Virus record (IMG/VR): IMGVR_UViG_3300030376_000708
Span: 1 to 26,349 of that record
DNA from: a virus
Lineage: Duplodnaviria > Caudoviricetes
DNA length: 26,349 nt
Reading direction: 5' to 3' (one strand)
Shown: positions 15,359-26,107 of the stretch, piece after piece
Position numbering within the stretch: the stretch's first letter is position 1
Layout: each line of letters begins with the position of its first letter
The notes under the pieces: generated by a model
What the model was told of the DNA's origin: nothing
The model's database searches: none
What the model saw: the letters and a program-made list of their open reading frames with translations, nothing else
Translations under genes and position numbers: made by a program

Positions 15359-18300
15359 TTATTTATAGATCTGTAAAATTTTGTCAATAGTCCGTTCGTT
15401 TGCTTTTATGTTTTGAATCTTTCTATCCCTTTCTTCCAGGATTAGTTTCTCAACATTATTGTCTCTTCTTATATCTGCCCAAGCTTTTAGCTTAGCCTTA
15501 TGAAACAGCGTTGTGATTCGCTTATAGTGAGCGAAGCTTCTTGGTTCTGTATCACTACGACCTGCTCTTCTCTCAGCAAACATTTCAGCTAATGACGCTT
15601 GCATACCTGGTTCGTTAGCCAGATTATCAAGTTTGCGTAATAGGTTTTGTTTACCTATAGCTTGTTGATACATAGACCTAACCTTTGGACTCTTACTTAA
15701 ATCTGTACCATCTGGAGCTGAGTACAAAGAGTTACTAAGGTCATACCCACTGTTAAATAAGAATTGTCTTCCAGGAGAGTAATCTAAGTTGAAATTAACC
15801 GGAGACACCGCATTAAACATACGGGTAATAAAGTTATGATCCTTAATCGGATCTCCTGTAAGAATGTCGTACTTAATAGGTAGGGGATCTAAAGCTATGT
15901 TTTCAGTAATTAGGTTTCTATTTCTTATAGAGTCCTGAATATCAGAACTAAGTTCACGGGTGTAAGGAGTCAGAACCTTACCTATCTCATTTCTAAGACT
16001 AGATAAAGGTAAAGTGTTATTCATTAAGGACGCAATGATTCTGTTCTGTTGTCCAGGTTGTCCAGAGAACAAGTCAACCATTGATTGCAGTCCAGCTAAA
16101 TAAGACTTACTTGTGATAGTTCCAGATAAAGCTACTGCTAGTTTTTGAAATTTCTCTTCAGCCCACTCCTCACCCATTAGATCCATGTGATCTCCAATAT
16201 CTCCTACTAATGCAAGGATCTGGTTATAAGGTTCAAAGGAATCATAGTTAACCCATACATTACCAATCTTTATTGTTCTTGGTTTATATCCAGCAGCTAT
16301 CCATGCTTGTTTTTTCTTCCTATCAGTAGGACCATTTCCATGCAAGCCACCATTAAGGTACGCAATACTAGCCATACTTAATGCAATACTACCCATAGCT
16401 ATCCTTCCGTCGGCTACAGCCTTAGCATTAATTAAGTCACGGGCGTTCTTTATTCCGTATCGCTGTAACCCTGATAGATCACCACCTGGCTTTGCAAACC
16501 TAATCTCTCTATATTCTTTAACTAATAAGTTAAAACCAGGAGTATGTTTAGCTGTTAGTTGTAAACCATTAATACCAGTTCTAGCAAATAAGAAGAAAGG
16601 TCTAGCCCAAGGAGTTTCACCGAAAGCTTTTTCTAGCTTCTTAGTAAAGCCAGTTAAGTCTTGAGTAAGTGTTGCTTCTCTTTTGCTATAAGCAGCCGCA
16701 TCATCGGTTATATTTCCATCTACATCAAAGATCTCCTTATTAAACTTATCCTCCATATTCTTGAAGAATGTCTCGTCTAAATTGACGTAATCTCCATCAG
16801 GTAAGTTTTCAGCAGCTTCTAAGAATGCCTTTTCTCTAGCTCTAGCTCTACCAATGATTAGCCCGAAAGCATCATCAGTAGCTGCCATGATCTTTGTTGA
16901 GTAAGTTAAGAACCTATTATCGTTAGCGGCTCTAACTAAGTTGGCGCTACGGAATACAGCCTTATCAACTTTAGTACCTCTAGTTTCAGCCCAGTGTCCG
17001 TAAAATTCCCAGTCGTTATCTAGCTTACTTCTCTCTATGAATCTGGTCTTATAGGTTGATATATCACCAGACCAATAAGCATTAAGACGTCTTTTAAATA
17101 ATTCAAATGATTCTGGTATTGCTTCACGCATTCCATTTAAGGCTGCTAATCCAGCTCTGGAAGTCATCCAGTCACCTTTCATCAGACCTCCCATAGCCAT
17201 AGCCATAGGTCTAGTAAAGGCAGCGCTAGATGTACCCATGATTGCTCTTACCGCAGTCTTAGGACCAGACAACACGCTATGTGTCATCATTGTTCCGAAC
17301 TCTTTTACTAAAGCTCCTACTTTCTCAGGTTGACCCTTAAAACTTCCACCTCTCATTTTTAAACGCATCCATGCGTCGAGATCGTCAAGCGTATGAACAT
17401 CCTTAGCCATGGATATTCCTTCGAATATGGCTTTGAATAACTCATCACCACCGTCTTCAGGAGCTATCTGCATAGCCATACGGAACGCATCTATACTTTT
17501 TTGAACATCAGCATTTACCATCGCATCTATTTCTTTGCGAGGTGTCTTTACATTAGATTGAAGATCCCTACCCATTTGAGACCATTCAGCATTAGTTTGT
17601 TTTCTGATCCTTAAACCAGCTATAAACTTTTCAACTAATTGCTGTGCTGGTCCATCTATGTCTCTGAGATCTGTATAGTCGCTGAGTTCTCTTCCAATAG
17701 TCCCTAAAGCTTTAATATCACTAAGTAATGAACCGTTGATCATATCAACAGTATTCATAAACTCAGGTCTTACAAAGTCATAATCTTTTATGTTCCCAAA
17801 TTTATCTTGGGCTTGGAACTTTTGAGCTAGTATATCTGCCCAGAATTCCTCTGGAGTTAAATCAGAAGTATTTCTACCTTCATATATTCTTTGTGTTAAT
17901 TCAATATCTTTCGATAATAAATCATCTAGTGTCTTGCCTTGACGTTTAGCAGTCTCAGTTAGTTGTTCAATTTTATTCTTACTGAATGCTTTCCTTAAAA
18001 CTTCTTTAATAGTCTTTCTGGCTTCACCTGAACTCCGAGCAATGTTGTCAACTTGTACATTACTTAAGAAAGATCCAGAAGTACCTTCTTCAGCTCCCCA
18101 GTCATTCTGTACGGATCGCATACCCTTTCTTACACTCTCAGGAGTTTCATTAGAGAATGCAGTTCCTTGCCATGGATCAGCTATTGGTTTGTTTTTAAAG
18201 GCACCAAATTCAACCTGTTTCTTTTGTGCTTTTCCTTTCTCTACGATTTGCTGAGTAACACTCTTAGCTCTTTCTGAAATAACTTTCTTACCTTCAGCAA

Positions 18301-19021
18301 GGTTATTGAGAAGTGATTTACCAGCATCAGTCTTTAAACCCCAACCAATTGATTCAAGTATTCCATCTACTTGTAATCCGATTAGACCACCTTCAAGAAC
18401 GTTCTTAAATTTCTTGACCATAGGATGATCATCTTCTTTAGTAGCTAATGGTGTATCTAAGAAAGGTACCTTCTCTTTTAATATTCCAGATACGTTGTCA
18501 TTGAGTGAAGTCTTAGATAGGAGATCAAATCTTGCACCAGTTAATGCACCTCTCCAAAGTCTTGTACCTAGACCGACTCCTCCTTTTGCTATTCCTCCAA
18601 AGCCACCAGTGGTAGCTAGTAAAGAAGTTACATGAGAAGCACCTCGGACAAGACCACCTATAAAGGTTTTTGATTCATAAGGATTATCATCATCCTTATA
18701 TAACCAGTCATCCCATTCGGTGTCATAACCACCTTCTTTTGCTTCTTCAGACATCTCCCCAGAGAAGAAATCAATAACCTGTTCTGGTGCTGTTATAAAT
18801 GAAGACGCTGTATCTCTTATACCAACGGCACCAGAGACTGCAACATCTTTAATACGATCACCTAGATTAAGTTCTTGATCCTTTACTTCTTCTGCTTCGA
18901 CTACTTCAGCTTCAGCTTCTTGTTCTCTTTGTTCTTCAGCCTTAGTCATCGCTTCAACGACTTCGGCGGTTCCTTCTAAGGACAATCCGTCCTCATTACT
19001 TATTTCGAAATTTGGTTCCAT
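15359..19021 (-). CDS. internal virion protein (gp16-like)
   Basis: 1220 aa; syntenic position before the tail fibre. Confidence 0.8.
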   Translation of the reverse strand: MEPNFEISNEDGLSLEGTAEVVEAMTKAEEQREQEAEAEVVEAEEVKDQELNLGDRIKDVAVSGAVGIRDTASSFITAPEQVIDFFSGEMSEEAKEGGYDTEWDDWLYKDDDNPYESKTFIGGLVRGASHVTSLLATTGGFGGIAKGGVGLGTRLWRGALTGARFDLLSKTSLNDNVSGILKEKVPFLDTPLATKEDDHPMVKKFKNVLEGGLIGLQVDGILESIGWGLKTDAGKSLLNNLAEGKKVISERAKSVTQQIVEKGKAQKKQVEFGAFKNKPIADPWQGTAFSNETPESVRKGMRSVQNDWGAEEGTSGSFLSNVQVDNIARSSGEARKTIKEVLRKAFSKNKIEQLTETAKRQGKTLDDLLSKDIELTQRIYEGRNTSDLTPEEFWADILAQKFQAQDKFGNIKDYDFVRPEFMNTVDMINGSLLSDIKALGTIGRELSDYTDLRDIDGPAQQLVEKFIAGLRIRKQTNAEWSQMGRDLQSNVKTPRKEIDAMVNADVQKSIDAFRMAMQIAPEDGGDELFKAIFEGISMAKDVHTLDDLDAWMRLKMRGGSFKGQPEKVGALVKEFGTMMTHSVLSGPKTAVRAIMGTSSAAFTRPMAMAMGGLMKGDWMTSRAGLAALNGMREAIPESFELFKRRLNAYWSGDISTYKTRFIERSKLDNDWEFYGHWAETRGTKVDKAVFRSANLVRAANDNRFLTYSTKIMAATDDAFGLIIGRARAREKAFLEAAENLPDGDYVNLDETFFKNMEDKFNKEIFDVDGNITDDAAAYSKREATLTQDLTGFTKKLEKAFGETPWARPFFLFARTGINGLQLTAKHTPGFNLLVKEYREIRFAKPGGDLSGLQRYGIKNARDLINAKAVADGRIAMGSIALSMASIAYLNGGLHGNGPTDRKKKQAWIAAGYKPRTIKIGNVWVNYDSFEPYNQILALVGDIGDHMDLMGEEWAEEKFQKLAVALSGTITSKSYLAGLQSMVDLFSGQPGQQNRIIASLMNNTLPLSSLRNEIGKVLTPYTRELSSDIQDSIRNRNLITENIALDPLPIKYDILTGDPIKDHNFITRMFNAVSPVNFNLDYSPGRQFLFNSGYDLSNSLYSAPDGTDLSKSPKVRSMYQQAIGKQNLLRKLDNLANEPGMQASLAEMFAERRAGRSDTEPRSFAHYKRITTLFHKAKLKAWADIRRDNNVEKLILEERDRKIQNIKANERTIDKILQIYK

Positions 19022-19067
19022 TTGTTACCACGGTAATTATCCGCGCTTTAATTGACGCGAACCGCAG

Positions 19068-21170
19068 TTACACGCCAGGAGTTAAAAACACGCTTTTGTT
19101 GAAAATAGAAGTTTTGACATTTGGTTGATCACCGTTAAGTTCATAACCGAAGTCGATAAACGATCTGATCACTCTTGATCGTCTTGGGTAGTGATATAAA
19201 AGTCTTGCTCTATTAGGTTTATTTTCTATCTCATTTACGTCTCTATCTTTAACTGTCGATCCATCCTCGGAAATTAATGCTGCTTGTCGTTGTGCTAAAT
19301 CATATGGAGAGACATTGATACGCTTACCGACTTCTTTATAATGCTCTGGTATTCCCCTTGTTGTCGGGTTATCATTTTTAGCCCATCTTAATAATGTCTC
19401 CTGATCTTTTGGAGTAGCATAAATTTCAGTTGTTCTCCACATACCTCCGCCAGCTTGCTCAATAGCTCTTTTATATCCACGAACTACTACGTCGTTACCT
19501 TCAAAATCATAGTCCCCTTGCATCAGGGTGCCACTTATTTCTGGGTCTTTAGCAGCTTTCTCTGTAGCATCCTTAGCTATTTTAAATGCAGCAGCATTAG
19601 TATTAATCTTTATACCATTCTCATCGTATAAAGCTTGTGTGTACTCTGTGTTGAATATTTCAGTTAAGCCTGCATTAAGGTTTAGCCACCTAGAACTGGC
19701 TGTATCTGTTTCTCCAATTTGCTCATTACTACCAGCGTTGGTAAATGCCTTGATATACTTTTGTGCCGATACATACTCTTTACTTCCTTCTACAAGAGCA
19801 CCCTCCTTTTCCACCTTATCTGAATAAGTGTTAAAGACTTCATTGCTGACATTATCTAATTGGAAAGAATATAACTTTTCATTCTGACGTCTAAGAGCCA
19901 TATCTAATCGCTGCTTAGCGTCCCAATCTTCTTCATGCCCAGCTAAAGCACCTTGTAATTCATTTGGAATACGACCATCATATTTGTCTTTAAATATCTC
20001 TCTGAAAGTAGCTTTCTCTTCATTTGTCCAGTCGTCTGTACTTCTGATGTTCTGGACATCTAAAGCTATCTTAGCTTTTCTATCTTCTTCTTTAGCTTCT
20101 TCCGCAGCCAGCGCTGCTTTTTCTAATCTCTCTGGTAAGTCATTCCATTCTTTCCAGGAAGTCATGGTTTTTGTTGATCCATCACGAGCTGTAAACTCAT
20201 GATTAAGTACAGTCAATGCTTCTGGACCACTAATTTTATTTGTACTGACTGCTTGTACTAGATGATCAGCAAAGGCCATACGACCTACACTTTTTGATGT
20301 TTTTTCTCTGGTTGCAAATCGTTCGGAAAATTTCTCTGCACTGTCAACACCCTCTTGAGGGTTAGCAGTTGCAAAAAAATTCTCAACAAAAACTGTATCT
20401 GATTCTTTTACCTGTATTCGATATGCTTTTTCCCGTTGTAGAGATTGCTGATCATTTCTCTTCTTATCATATTTTTCTAGCTCAGGTTTTAAAACTGTAG
20501 CTAGTAAACCTTCGTTTACACCTGCAAAACGTCTAGCATAATTGAACTTTATCTTAGTATCTAGTGCAGCTTGCTCTTGTGGGTTTCTAGGTTGGTTTGG
20601 AGAATTACCTCCTATTACTGTTGGTACACCATCTCTATCAACCGTAACGGTTTCAGTTTCATAAGCCTTATAAACATACTCATCATAGCCTTTAGCTTGT
20701 TGCCTTACCCAAGCTTCAACTAATGCATATTGCTCCCAACCTGCCATCTTACGGAACTCTTGAGCCGTAACAAGATCACCACTTTCAGTTTCAATTTGTC
20801 CAGCAATTTTTTCAATATCTAGATTAGATTGCCATAACTGTTCTTTATTGTCTCTAAATGTTGCTTCTAACTGAGGAGAAATTCCCCGAGTCATGACATC
20901 AAAGGCTATTTGAGTTTGTCTATCTTCTCTATGTTGTTCTCTCTTCTTTAAAGCTATCCTAGCTACTTCTGTAGAAATGGTTCCTAACCCTTCCCAAGCT
21001 GCTATGTCTTTCTTGTACTGACGTTCGTTGTTGGCTTCTACCTGGCGTAGAACTCTTTCTTCAGATGCTTCAAGCTTGGCATTTGCAGCAGCTTGTTCAG
21101 GAACAACATCTACTATTTCCTCTGGTTCAAATTTTCCAGCGTCTACTTCATACCTTGGTATTATTGTCAT
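19068..21170 (-). CDS. internal virion protein (gp15-like)
   Basis: About 700 aa, helical/charged; start placed at the ATGA overlap with the gp14 stop. Confidence 0.75.
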   Translation of the reverse strand: MTIIPRYEVDAGKFEPEEIVDVVPEQAAANAKLEASEERVLRQVEANNERQYKKDIAAWEGLGTISTEVARIALKKREQHREDRQTQIAFDVMTRGISPQLEATFRDNKEQLWQSNLDIEKIAGQIETESGDLVTAQEFRKMAGWEQYALVEAWVRQQAKGYDEYVYKAYETETVTVDRDGVPTVIGGNSPNQPRNPQEQAALDTKIKFNYARRFAGVNEGLLATVLKPELEKYDKKRNDQQSLQREKAYRIQVKESDTVFVENFFATANPQEGVDSAEKFSERFATREKTSKSVGRMAFADHLVQAVSTNKISGPEALTVLNHEFTARDGSTKTMTSWKEWNDLPERLEKAALAAEEAKEEDRKAKIALDVQNIRSTDDWTNEEKATFREIFKDKYDGRIPNELQGALAGHEEDWDAKQRLDMALRRQNEKLYSFQLDNVSNEVFNTYSDKVEKEGALVEGSKEYVSAQKYIKAFTNAGSNEQIGETDTASSRWLNLNAGLTEIFNTEYTQALYDENGIKINTNAAAFKIAKDATEKAAKDPEISGTLMQGDYDFEGNDVVVRGYKRAIEQAGGGMWRTTEIYATPKDQETLLRWAKNDNPTTRGIPEHYKEVGKRINVSPYDLAQRQAALISEDGSTVKDRDVNEIENKPNRARLLYHYPRRSRVIRSFIDFGYELNGDQPNVKTSIFNKSVFLTPGV

Positions 21171-22018
21171 GATCCCGCACCTATCCAAACTGAACTATTA
21201 ATCATTGAGGAAGAAGGTGTGACTCCACCATATACTCCTTTAAAATTCCCCCAATCCATCTTGGGATAACCCATATCCATTGAAGGTAAATTCCATGTAT
21301 TATTTGGTAAGTTTGAATTGAAGTTTGTAGAATTCAATTTGTCGCTCATTTTATCTATACCTAAGTCTGTATTATTTTTAAGTCCTCCTTTTCCTCCTTT
21401 GTCTGGGGTGTACGCAGCCAACCCTGCTGCTGCTCCTCCTAAGATTGCAGACAACATTGCGTTCTGCATGACTGGTGCTGGCGGCGCTACGTCAGGTATA
21501 GGTTGAAGAGCAACCGAACTAAAGGATTGATTAAGTGCACTTTTAAGCTGTCTATTGATACTTTCATTAGCATATTTAGCATCATTCTGAGCCATGGTTA
21601 AACCTCTAGTTCTCATAGCTTGAGACATACCATAGTTGGCTTTATTCATGGATAAAGCTCTAGCCATACCTTTTCCACCAATACCTCGTTCAGCAAAAGA
21701 TACTTCTGCCTTACCTTCATTAATCATCATCTTTTTCCAGTCCACTTCGTTTTGAAGCATGGCTAAAGATTGAGCATTATTTAAAGATATTTGTGTTCTA
21801 GTAAAAGCTCTCTGTGCAGCAATATTAGCTAGATCTACTTGTTGTGAATGTTGTACTGTTTTTGTCTGGTAGAGGGATCTTTCTCCCATCCACTTTCTTT
21901 CTCTTACTTTTAATTGATAAGCATAGTTTCTACTTGCTGCTTTGTTCGCGGAGCTGGCTGCCATGTAGGACTGTAGTCCTCCTATTGCTGCTGAACCCGC
22001 GACGACTGGATCGCACAC
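21167..22018 (-). CDS. internal virion protein (gp14-like)
   Basis: GTG start, MCDP-hydrophobic N-terminus typical of gp14, Ala/Gln-rich. Confidence 0.8.
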   Translation of the reverse strand: MCDPVVAGSAAIGGLQSYMAASSANKAASRNYAYQLKVRERKWMGERSLYQTKTVQHSQQVDLANIAAQRAFTRTQISLNNAQSLAMLQNEVDWKKMMINEGKAEVSFAERGIGGKGMARALSMNKANYGMSQAMRTRGLTMAQNDAKYANESINRQLKSALNQSFSSVALQPIPDVAPPAPVMQNAMLSAILGGAAAGLAAYTPDKGGKGGLKNNTDLGIDKMSDKLNSTNFNSNLPNNTWNLPSMDMGYPKMDWGNFKGVYGGVTPSSSMINSSVWIGAGS

Positions 22019-22442
22019 GGCAAAATTCTATAAAGGATAAATTGTTGGGTCCATAACTAAGTCTTCTTAAAAACTTAAACCCTAAAAAACGGAGCAATTT
22101 TAAATGTACTTTGTTCCGTTCATCGACGATGTTCCACAAAAGCTCCTCTCTTCTTCCTTCCACATATCGCATAGCTTCTCTAGCAAATGTATGTGGGTAG
22201 TCGTAGATGGCGGGAGTGCAAAGCATCCAGATTTGTCCATTTCCATGGACTCCGGCAAGCCCTGCTATTTTCCCGTTTGGTACTTTAAAATAGACGGATT
22301 CGCAGAATCTTATTGATTCAACCAATGCTGTTTCAGGATCATGTCCATGACCCTCTTGTACTTCACTACGGTCAGCAGGCAGCAGATTAGAAGCCACCTC
22401 AATGGCAGCCTCTACTGTTGCTTGTTGGATGTATTTAGACAC
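21930..22442 (-). CDS. gp13-like protein (DUF2833/GNAT-like)
   Basis: DRSEV, IWMLCT, LWNIVDERNKVHLKLLRFLGF; position after tail tube B. Confidence 0.8.
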   Translation of the reverse strand: MSKYIQQATVEAAIEVASNLLPADRSEVQEGHGHDPETALVESIRFCESVYFKVPNGKIAGLAGVHGNGQIWMLCTPAIYDYPHTFAREAMRYVEGRREELLWNIVDERNKVHLKLLRFLGFKFLRRLSYGPNNLSFIEFCRVRSSRRGFSSNRRTTVLHGSQLREQSSK

Positions 22443-25398
22443 GCTTGTAATAGTTATTGGTATAAACTCCTTCCCAGGTCAAGTTATGTAGTGTCGCTGG
22501 GGCTGGGTGTGTAGATTTAATAGTTAAAGTTGTGTTTATATTTCTGTCGTATATCGGTATTGTTCTCAGAACATTATCATCGAAGATACCTGTCGAGTTA
22601 GCTAAAACTTGGTTGGCAGGAGTTACTTCAAATAGGTCATTATAGTTAGGCTTACCGATCCTGGAGACAGTAGTTTCAAAAATACCTACTGCACCAAACC
22701 CTAATTTAATTCTATGTATCAGAGTATGAGATCTTGTATCAGAAACCCATCCACCAGTTGAACCTTTCTTGGAATAGTAAAGAGTAGGTAGGTTAACTTG
22801 CATAGTAAACAAGTAACCGATAAGAAAGGTCTCACCAGACCAATTTCCAGTTAACTCTAGATTGCTACCGTTAACGGTTATCTTTGCATATCTACCGATA
22901 TTATTATTCGCAGTATCTACATCGTAGGCTGCTAATTGATTTGTAGACTCTAAACCAGTAGGTTTTGTCTTTGTTGATTTATTAGTAGCTGCATCATATG
23001 TCCAACCGTTTGTAGACATTAAATGGTCCATATGTACCCTGTGATCTGTAGAGACAGTAAGGGTGTTTGTATCCATTTTTAATGCATGTTTTAATAGCTG
23101 ATCTTTATTATTATTTCTAACAACTACAAATAAGGCGTCATCTTGCATACATAGATACTGGATCGTACCAGTAACAGTCCACTTAAACCATGAGGCTAGT
23201 TTCCTGTCAGTAACTTGATCGAAGTATCTGTAACCATATAACGTAGAGCTACCCTCTTCACTGAAGAATATTACTGAGTTCTCTCTTGAGTTAGCTATTA
23301 GTTTTAAATCCTTATTAAATAGCCTGGAAACAACGGCACTTTGTTCTATTACCTGTGGTTCTCCTTCTCGGAGGACACCAGCCATTTCAAAGAACCTTGA
23401 ATATTTACCTGCATTATCTAGGAATCCAATTGTAGTTCCAAGAGAGATAGGATTAGTTGTGTAGTTGAAATTATAACTAGATATGACATTGATTTTTGCA
23501 GTTTGAATACTTAATACATCACTATCTGTAGTCAACATAAACTGTTGATTTTTACTAAATAGTATGAGTCCTGTATTTACTTGAATGCCGTCGTACAGTA
23601 CTGCTGGATATTCTGAACTAGCAGACATATCTATTGGATCACTAGGTACAAAAGCTATAGCTGATTTAGCCCAGAAGTTAAAGAAGTCTCCAGGTCTAGA
23701 TAAGATGATATTCTCATCAGCCAGCATTGCTAATCTGTTTCTGAAGAACAGTAGCTTTGTAATTGGTCTACCTATAAATGATGGCTCACCATTTGTAACA
23801 TCGTCTCCAACAATACAATCGTCCCATTGAGGATGGTAATAGGTATTACCTGAGATCGTATATTGAGCACCATCTAATTCAGCTAATCTAAAATTTCCGT
23901 CCGCCGTTCTAATCAGAGTGACGGGCATACTATGCCTATCAAAACGGGTAAACCTACCTGGCTGAGCACACTCTTCCCAGACACCTTCACCGTCTTTATC
24001 GTTATTACCAAAGAATTTAACGTAGTGATTATCCTCGTCAGCAGCGCTATTAACTACTTCAACAACCATCCCGTGCTTACACTGACTTGGAAGATCACCA
24101 ATATCATTTACCTTACTAGCAACAACATTGAGTAATTCTCCTACTGCTGTCGAACCATTGAAAATACCAGACCTTGCTATATGTAACCCTGTACCAATTG
24201 TCGTTACTGTGAAACCGTTTCCAGTTGTTGCAGTAGCACTACCTGTGATTCCTTTTCTAATATCACCAAGGATACTTTCAGCCGTTATAGTTGTCTCTGT
24301 ATCAAAGGGTGTTGGTTGAGGTCTGACTAACGCTAGGTTCCCTTGTACTTTAGATGTACTAATTTTTTCTACTGTAACTTTATACCTTGCATTTTTCATC
24401 CAGATATAAAAGTAGTCATTCTCTGCCCAACCTTCTCCACCATGCAATAGATCGTGGGTCGTTGTATATCTTGCTTGATATGTTGTTTCTTGGGTTTCTC
24501 CAGAGCCAGTTGTATAAGGTACTGACTGAGCAGTTGTAGCAATACGGAAATATAGATTTGACCTTCCAGATGCATTACTACCATTTATACTTATAGTTTG
24601 ATTAGCGTCTGAGTAAACAGCACCATCATCGTCAATGCTTTGACCACTATCTACTGCAAAGATTCTTGTACCTACATTAGGTGCAAAGGCATCTCTACTA
24701 TCTCCGGCTGTGTCGTCGCATCTAGTAGACTGTGATGTCCTAGATCCAATTGAAACCATTCCACCATTGCTATCACAATAGTTGTTGCTGGAATTAACCA
24801 TCTCAACATTGATACGTGTCGCCGTGGTGGTTGTAGATAAGGTTGTATTGTCAAATAGATTTAGTGAATATTGCTTTGCATAAGAAAGACTTTTTAATTC
24901 TACATATACTTCTTTCTGATAATTACCCAATGGTTCCTGAGTAGAATCCATTGAGGTATTAACATTCCTATTCGTGATATAAGTAAAGTCATTCAGAGTT
25001 AAAGTTTGTAACTGTTCGTCGTTACTATGCTTTAGGTACTTATTTCCAGTAGTTCCGTCTGCATAAGTGATAGAGCCACTGCTAGTTGCATCGACAACAT
25101 TCTTTTCTGCACCTGTTAAACAATCCCACATACGGACAGTACCGTCTTGGTGAACCTGTCCTACGTATTGTTCGGTCTCATCACGATAGTAATGAAACCA
25201 TCTACCGTTGGTGGATGAGTTTTTACTTCCATCACTCAAAGATCCCACAAACTTTCCAGCAGGTCTCTTTAATAATCCTTGGGTTATGTCAGGAAGGGTA
25301 TTATCCATATCGTTGACTTGCCCAGGGATTTTATATTCATCAGGTTGTTGTGAAATACCTTGAGTTAAATTAGGAATAGTTTGTGTGATATTTGCCAT
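22435..25398 (-). CDS. tail tubular protein B (gp12, nozzle)
   Basis: QTIPNLTQGISQQPD, GLLKRP, PSFIG, FFRNRL, SRPGDFFNFW. Confidence 0.95.
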   Translation of the reverse strand: MANITQTIPNLTQGISQQPDEYKIPGQVNDMDNTLPDITQGLLKRPAGKFVGSLSDGSKNSSTNGRWFHYYRDETEQYVGQVHQDGTVRMWDCLTGAEKNVVDATSSGSITYADGTTGNKYLKHSNDEQLQTLTLNDFTYITNRNVNTSMDSTQEPLGNYQKEVYVELKSLSYAKQYSLNLFDNTTLSTTTTATRINVEMVNSSNNYCDSNGGMVSIGSRTSQSTRCDDTAGDSRDAFAPNVGTRIFAVDSGQSIDDDGAVYSDANQTISINGSNASGRSNLYFRIATTAQSVPYTTGSGETQETTYQARYTTTHDLLHGGEGWAENDYFYIWMKNARYKVTVEKISTSKVQGNLALVRPQPTPFDTETTITAESILGDIRKGITGSATATTGNGFTVTTIGTGLHIARSGIFNGSTAVGELLNVVASKVNDIGDLPSQCKHGMVVEVVNSAADEDNHYVKFFGNNDKDGEGVWEECAQPGRFTRFDRHSMPVTLIRTADGNFRLAELDGAQYTISGNTYYHPQWDDCIVGDDVTNGEPSFIGRPITKLLFFRNRLAMLADENIILSRPGDFFNFWAKSAIAFVPSDPIDMSASSEYPAVLYDGIQVNTGLILFSKNQQFMLTTDSDVLSIQTAKINVISSYNFNYTTNPISLGTTIGFLDNAGKYSRFFEMAGVLREGEPQVIEQSAVVSRLFNKDLKLIANSRENSVIFFSEEGSSTLYGYRYFDQVTDRKLASWFKWTVTGTIQYLCMQDDALFVVVRNNNKDQLLKHALKMDTNTLTVSTDHRVHMDHLMSTNGWTYDAATNKSTKTKPTGLESTNQLAAYDVDTANNNIGRYAKITVNGSNLELTGNWSGETFLIGYLFTMQVNLPTLYYSKKGSTGGWVSDTRSHTLIHRIKLGFGAVGIFETTVSRIGKPNYNDLFEVTPANQVLANSTGIFDDNVLRTIPIYDRNINTTLTIKSTHPAPATLHNLTWEGVYTNNYYKRV

Positions 25399-26066
25399 TA
25401 GCGTGCTAGTGCGTTGTACGGTTGATAAGATCTATATGAACTTTCATGCGGCCAGCCCAGGAATGATTCATCTCCCATTTGCGTGTCGTATTCAGTTGCG
25501 TTAGCTTTTGTTGTTACTTTGTTTAAAGTTAATAGTTTTACTAATTCGATATTTGATACCAACTGAACAGAAGCTCTTACAGCAGCAGAAGCAATAATGT
25601 ACCTTTGAATTACTGGAGGTACATCTGAAAATGGGTATAGCCTGGTTACATCAAAATAAAAGTCTTTAGTAAAAGTACCTGTATGATGAACGGTATCCCA
25701 TAGCTTTCCGTTTCTTACTACAACATCTCTAGTCCGGTCTACTTGACCTTCATGTATATCCATCCTCAAATAATCTAGAGGAATTATATATTCACCATTA
25801 CCATCTCTAGTAATTTTGACATGATCTTCTTGATTGAAATGCCAACCTTCATTCTGGACATCTTTATTAGCTTCCATTAATAGGTTATGGACTAAAGCTA
25901 TCTCTGGATTTTCGTAGGACTGGACTGTAGTTGCTACACCAGCCGCACTTGTTGTTGTTGTACTTTGAACATTACCTAAGCTAGTAACAGGGCTTTGACC
26001 GATGCTACTCAATATAGAGTTAACTGCGGATAGTTCTGTATCGCTTGCTTGTATTGAAGTAGTCAT
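25398..26066 (-). CDS. tail tubular protein A (gp11)
   Basis: TELSAVNSILSSIGQSPV, VQNEGWHFN, YI...A motifs. Confidence 0.93.
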   Translation of the reverse strand: MTTSIQASDTELSAVNSILSSIGQSPVTSLGNVQSTTTTSAAGVATTVQSYENPEIALVHNLLMEANKDVQNEGWHFNQEDHVKITRDGNGEYIIPLDYLRMDIHEGQVDRTRDVVVRNGKLWDTVHHTGTFTKDFYFDVTRLYPFSDVPPVIQRYIIASAAVRASVQLVSNIELVKLLTLNKVTTKANATEYDTQMGDESFLGWPHESSYRSYQPYNALAR

Positions 26067-26091
26067 AAAAAAAGGGGAGCCGAAGCCCCCC
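26067..26091 (-). terminator. intrinsic terminator (Tphi-like)
   Basis: GGGGGGC-UUCG-GCUCCCC followed by U7, just after the capsid stop. Confidence 0.92.
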
Positions 26092-26107
26092 GTATAAAAT
26101 GTATAAA

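Noticed and set aside
2905-25316. All plus-strand ORFs in the track
   Set aside because: Antisense shadows of well-supported minus-strand genes
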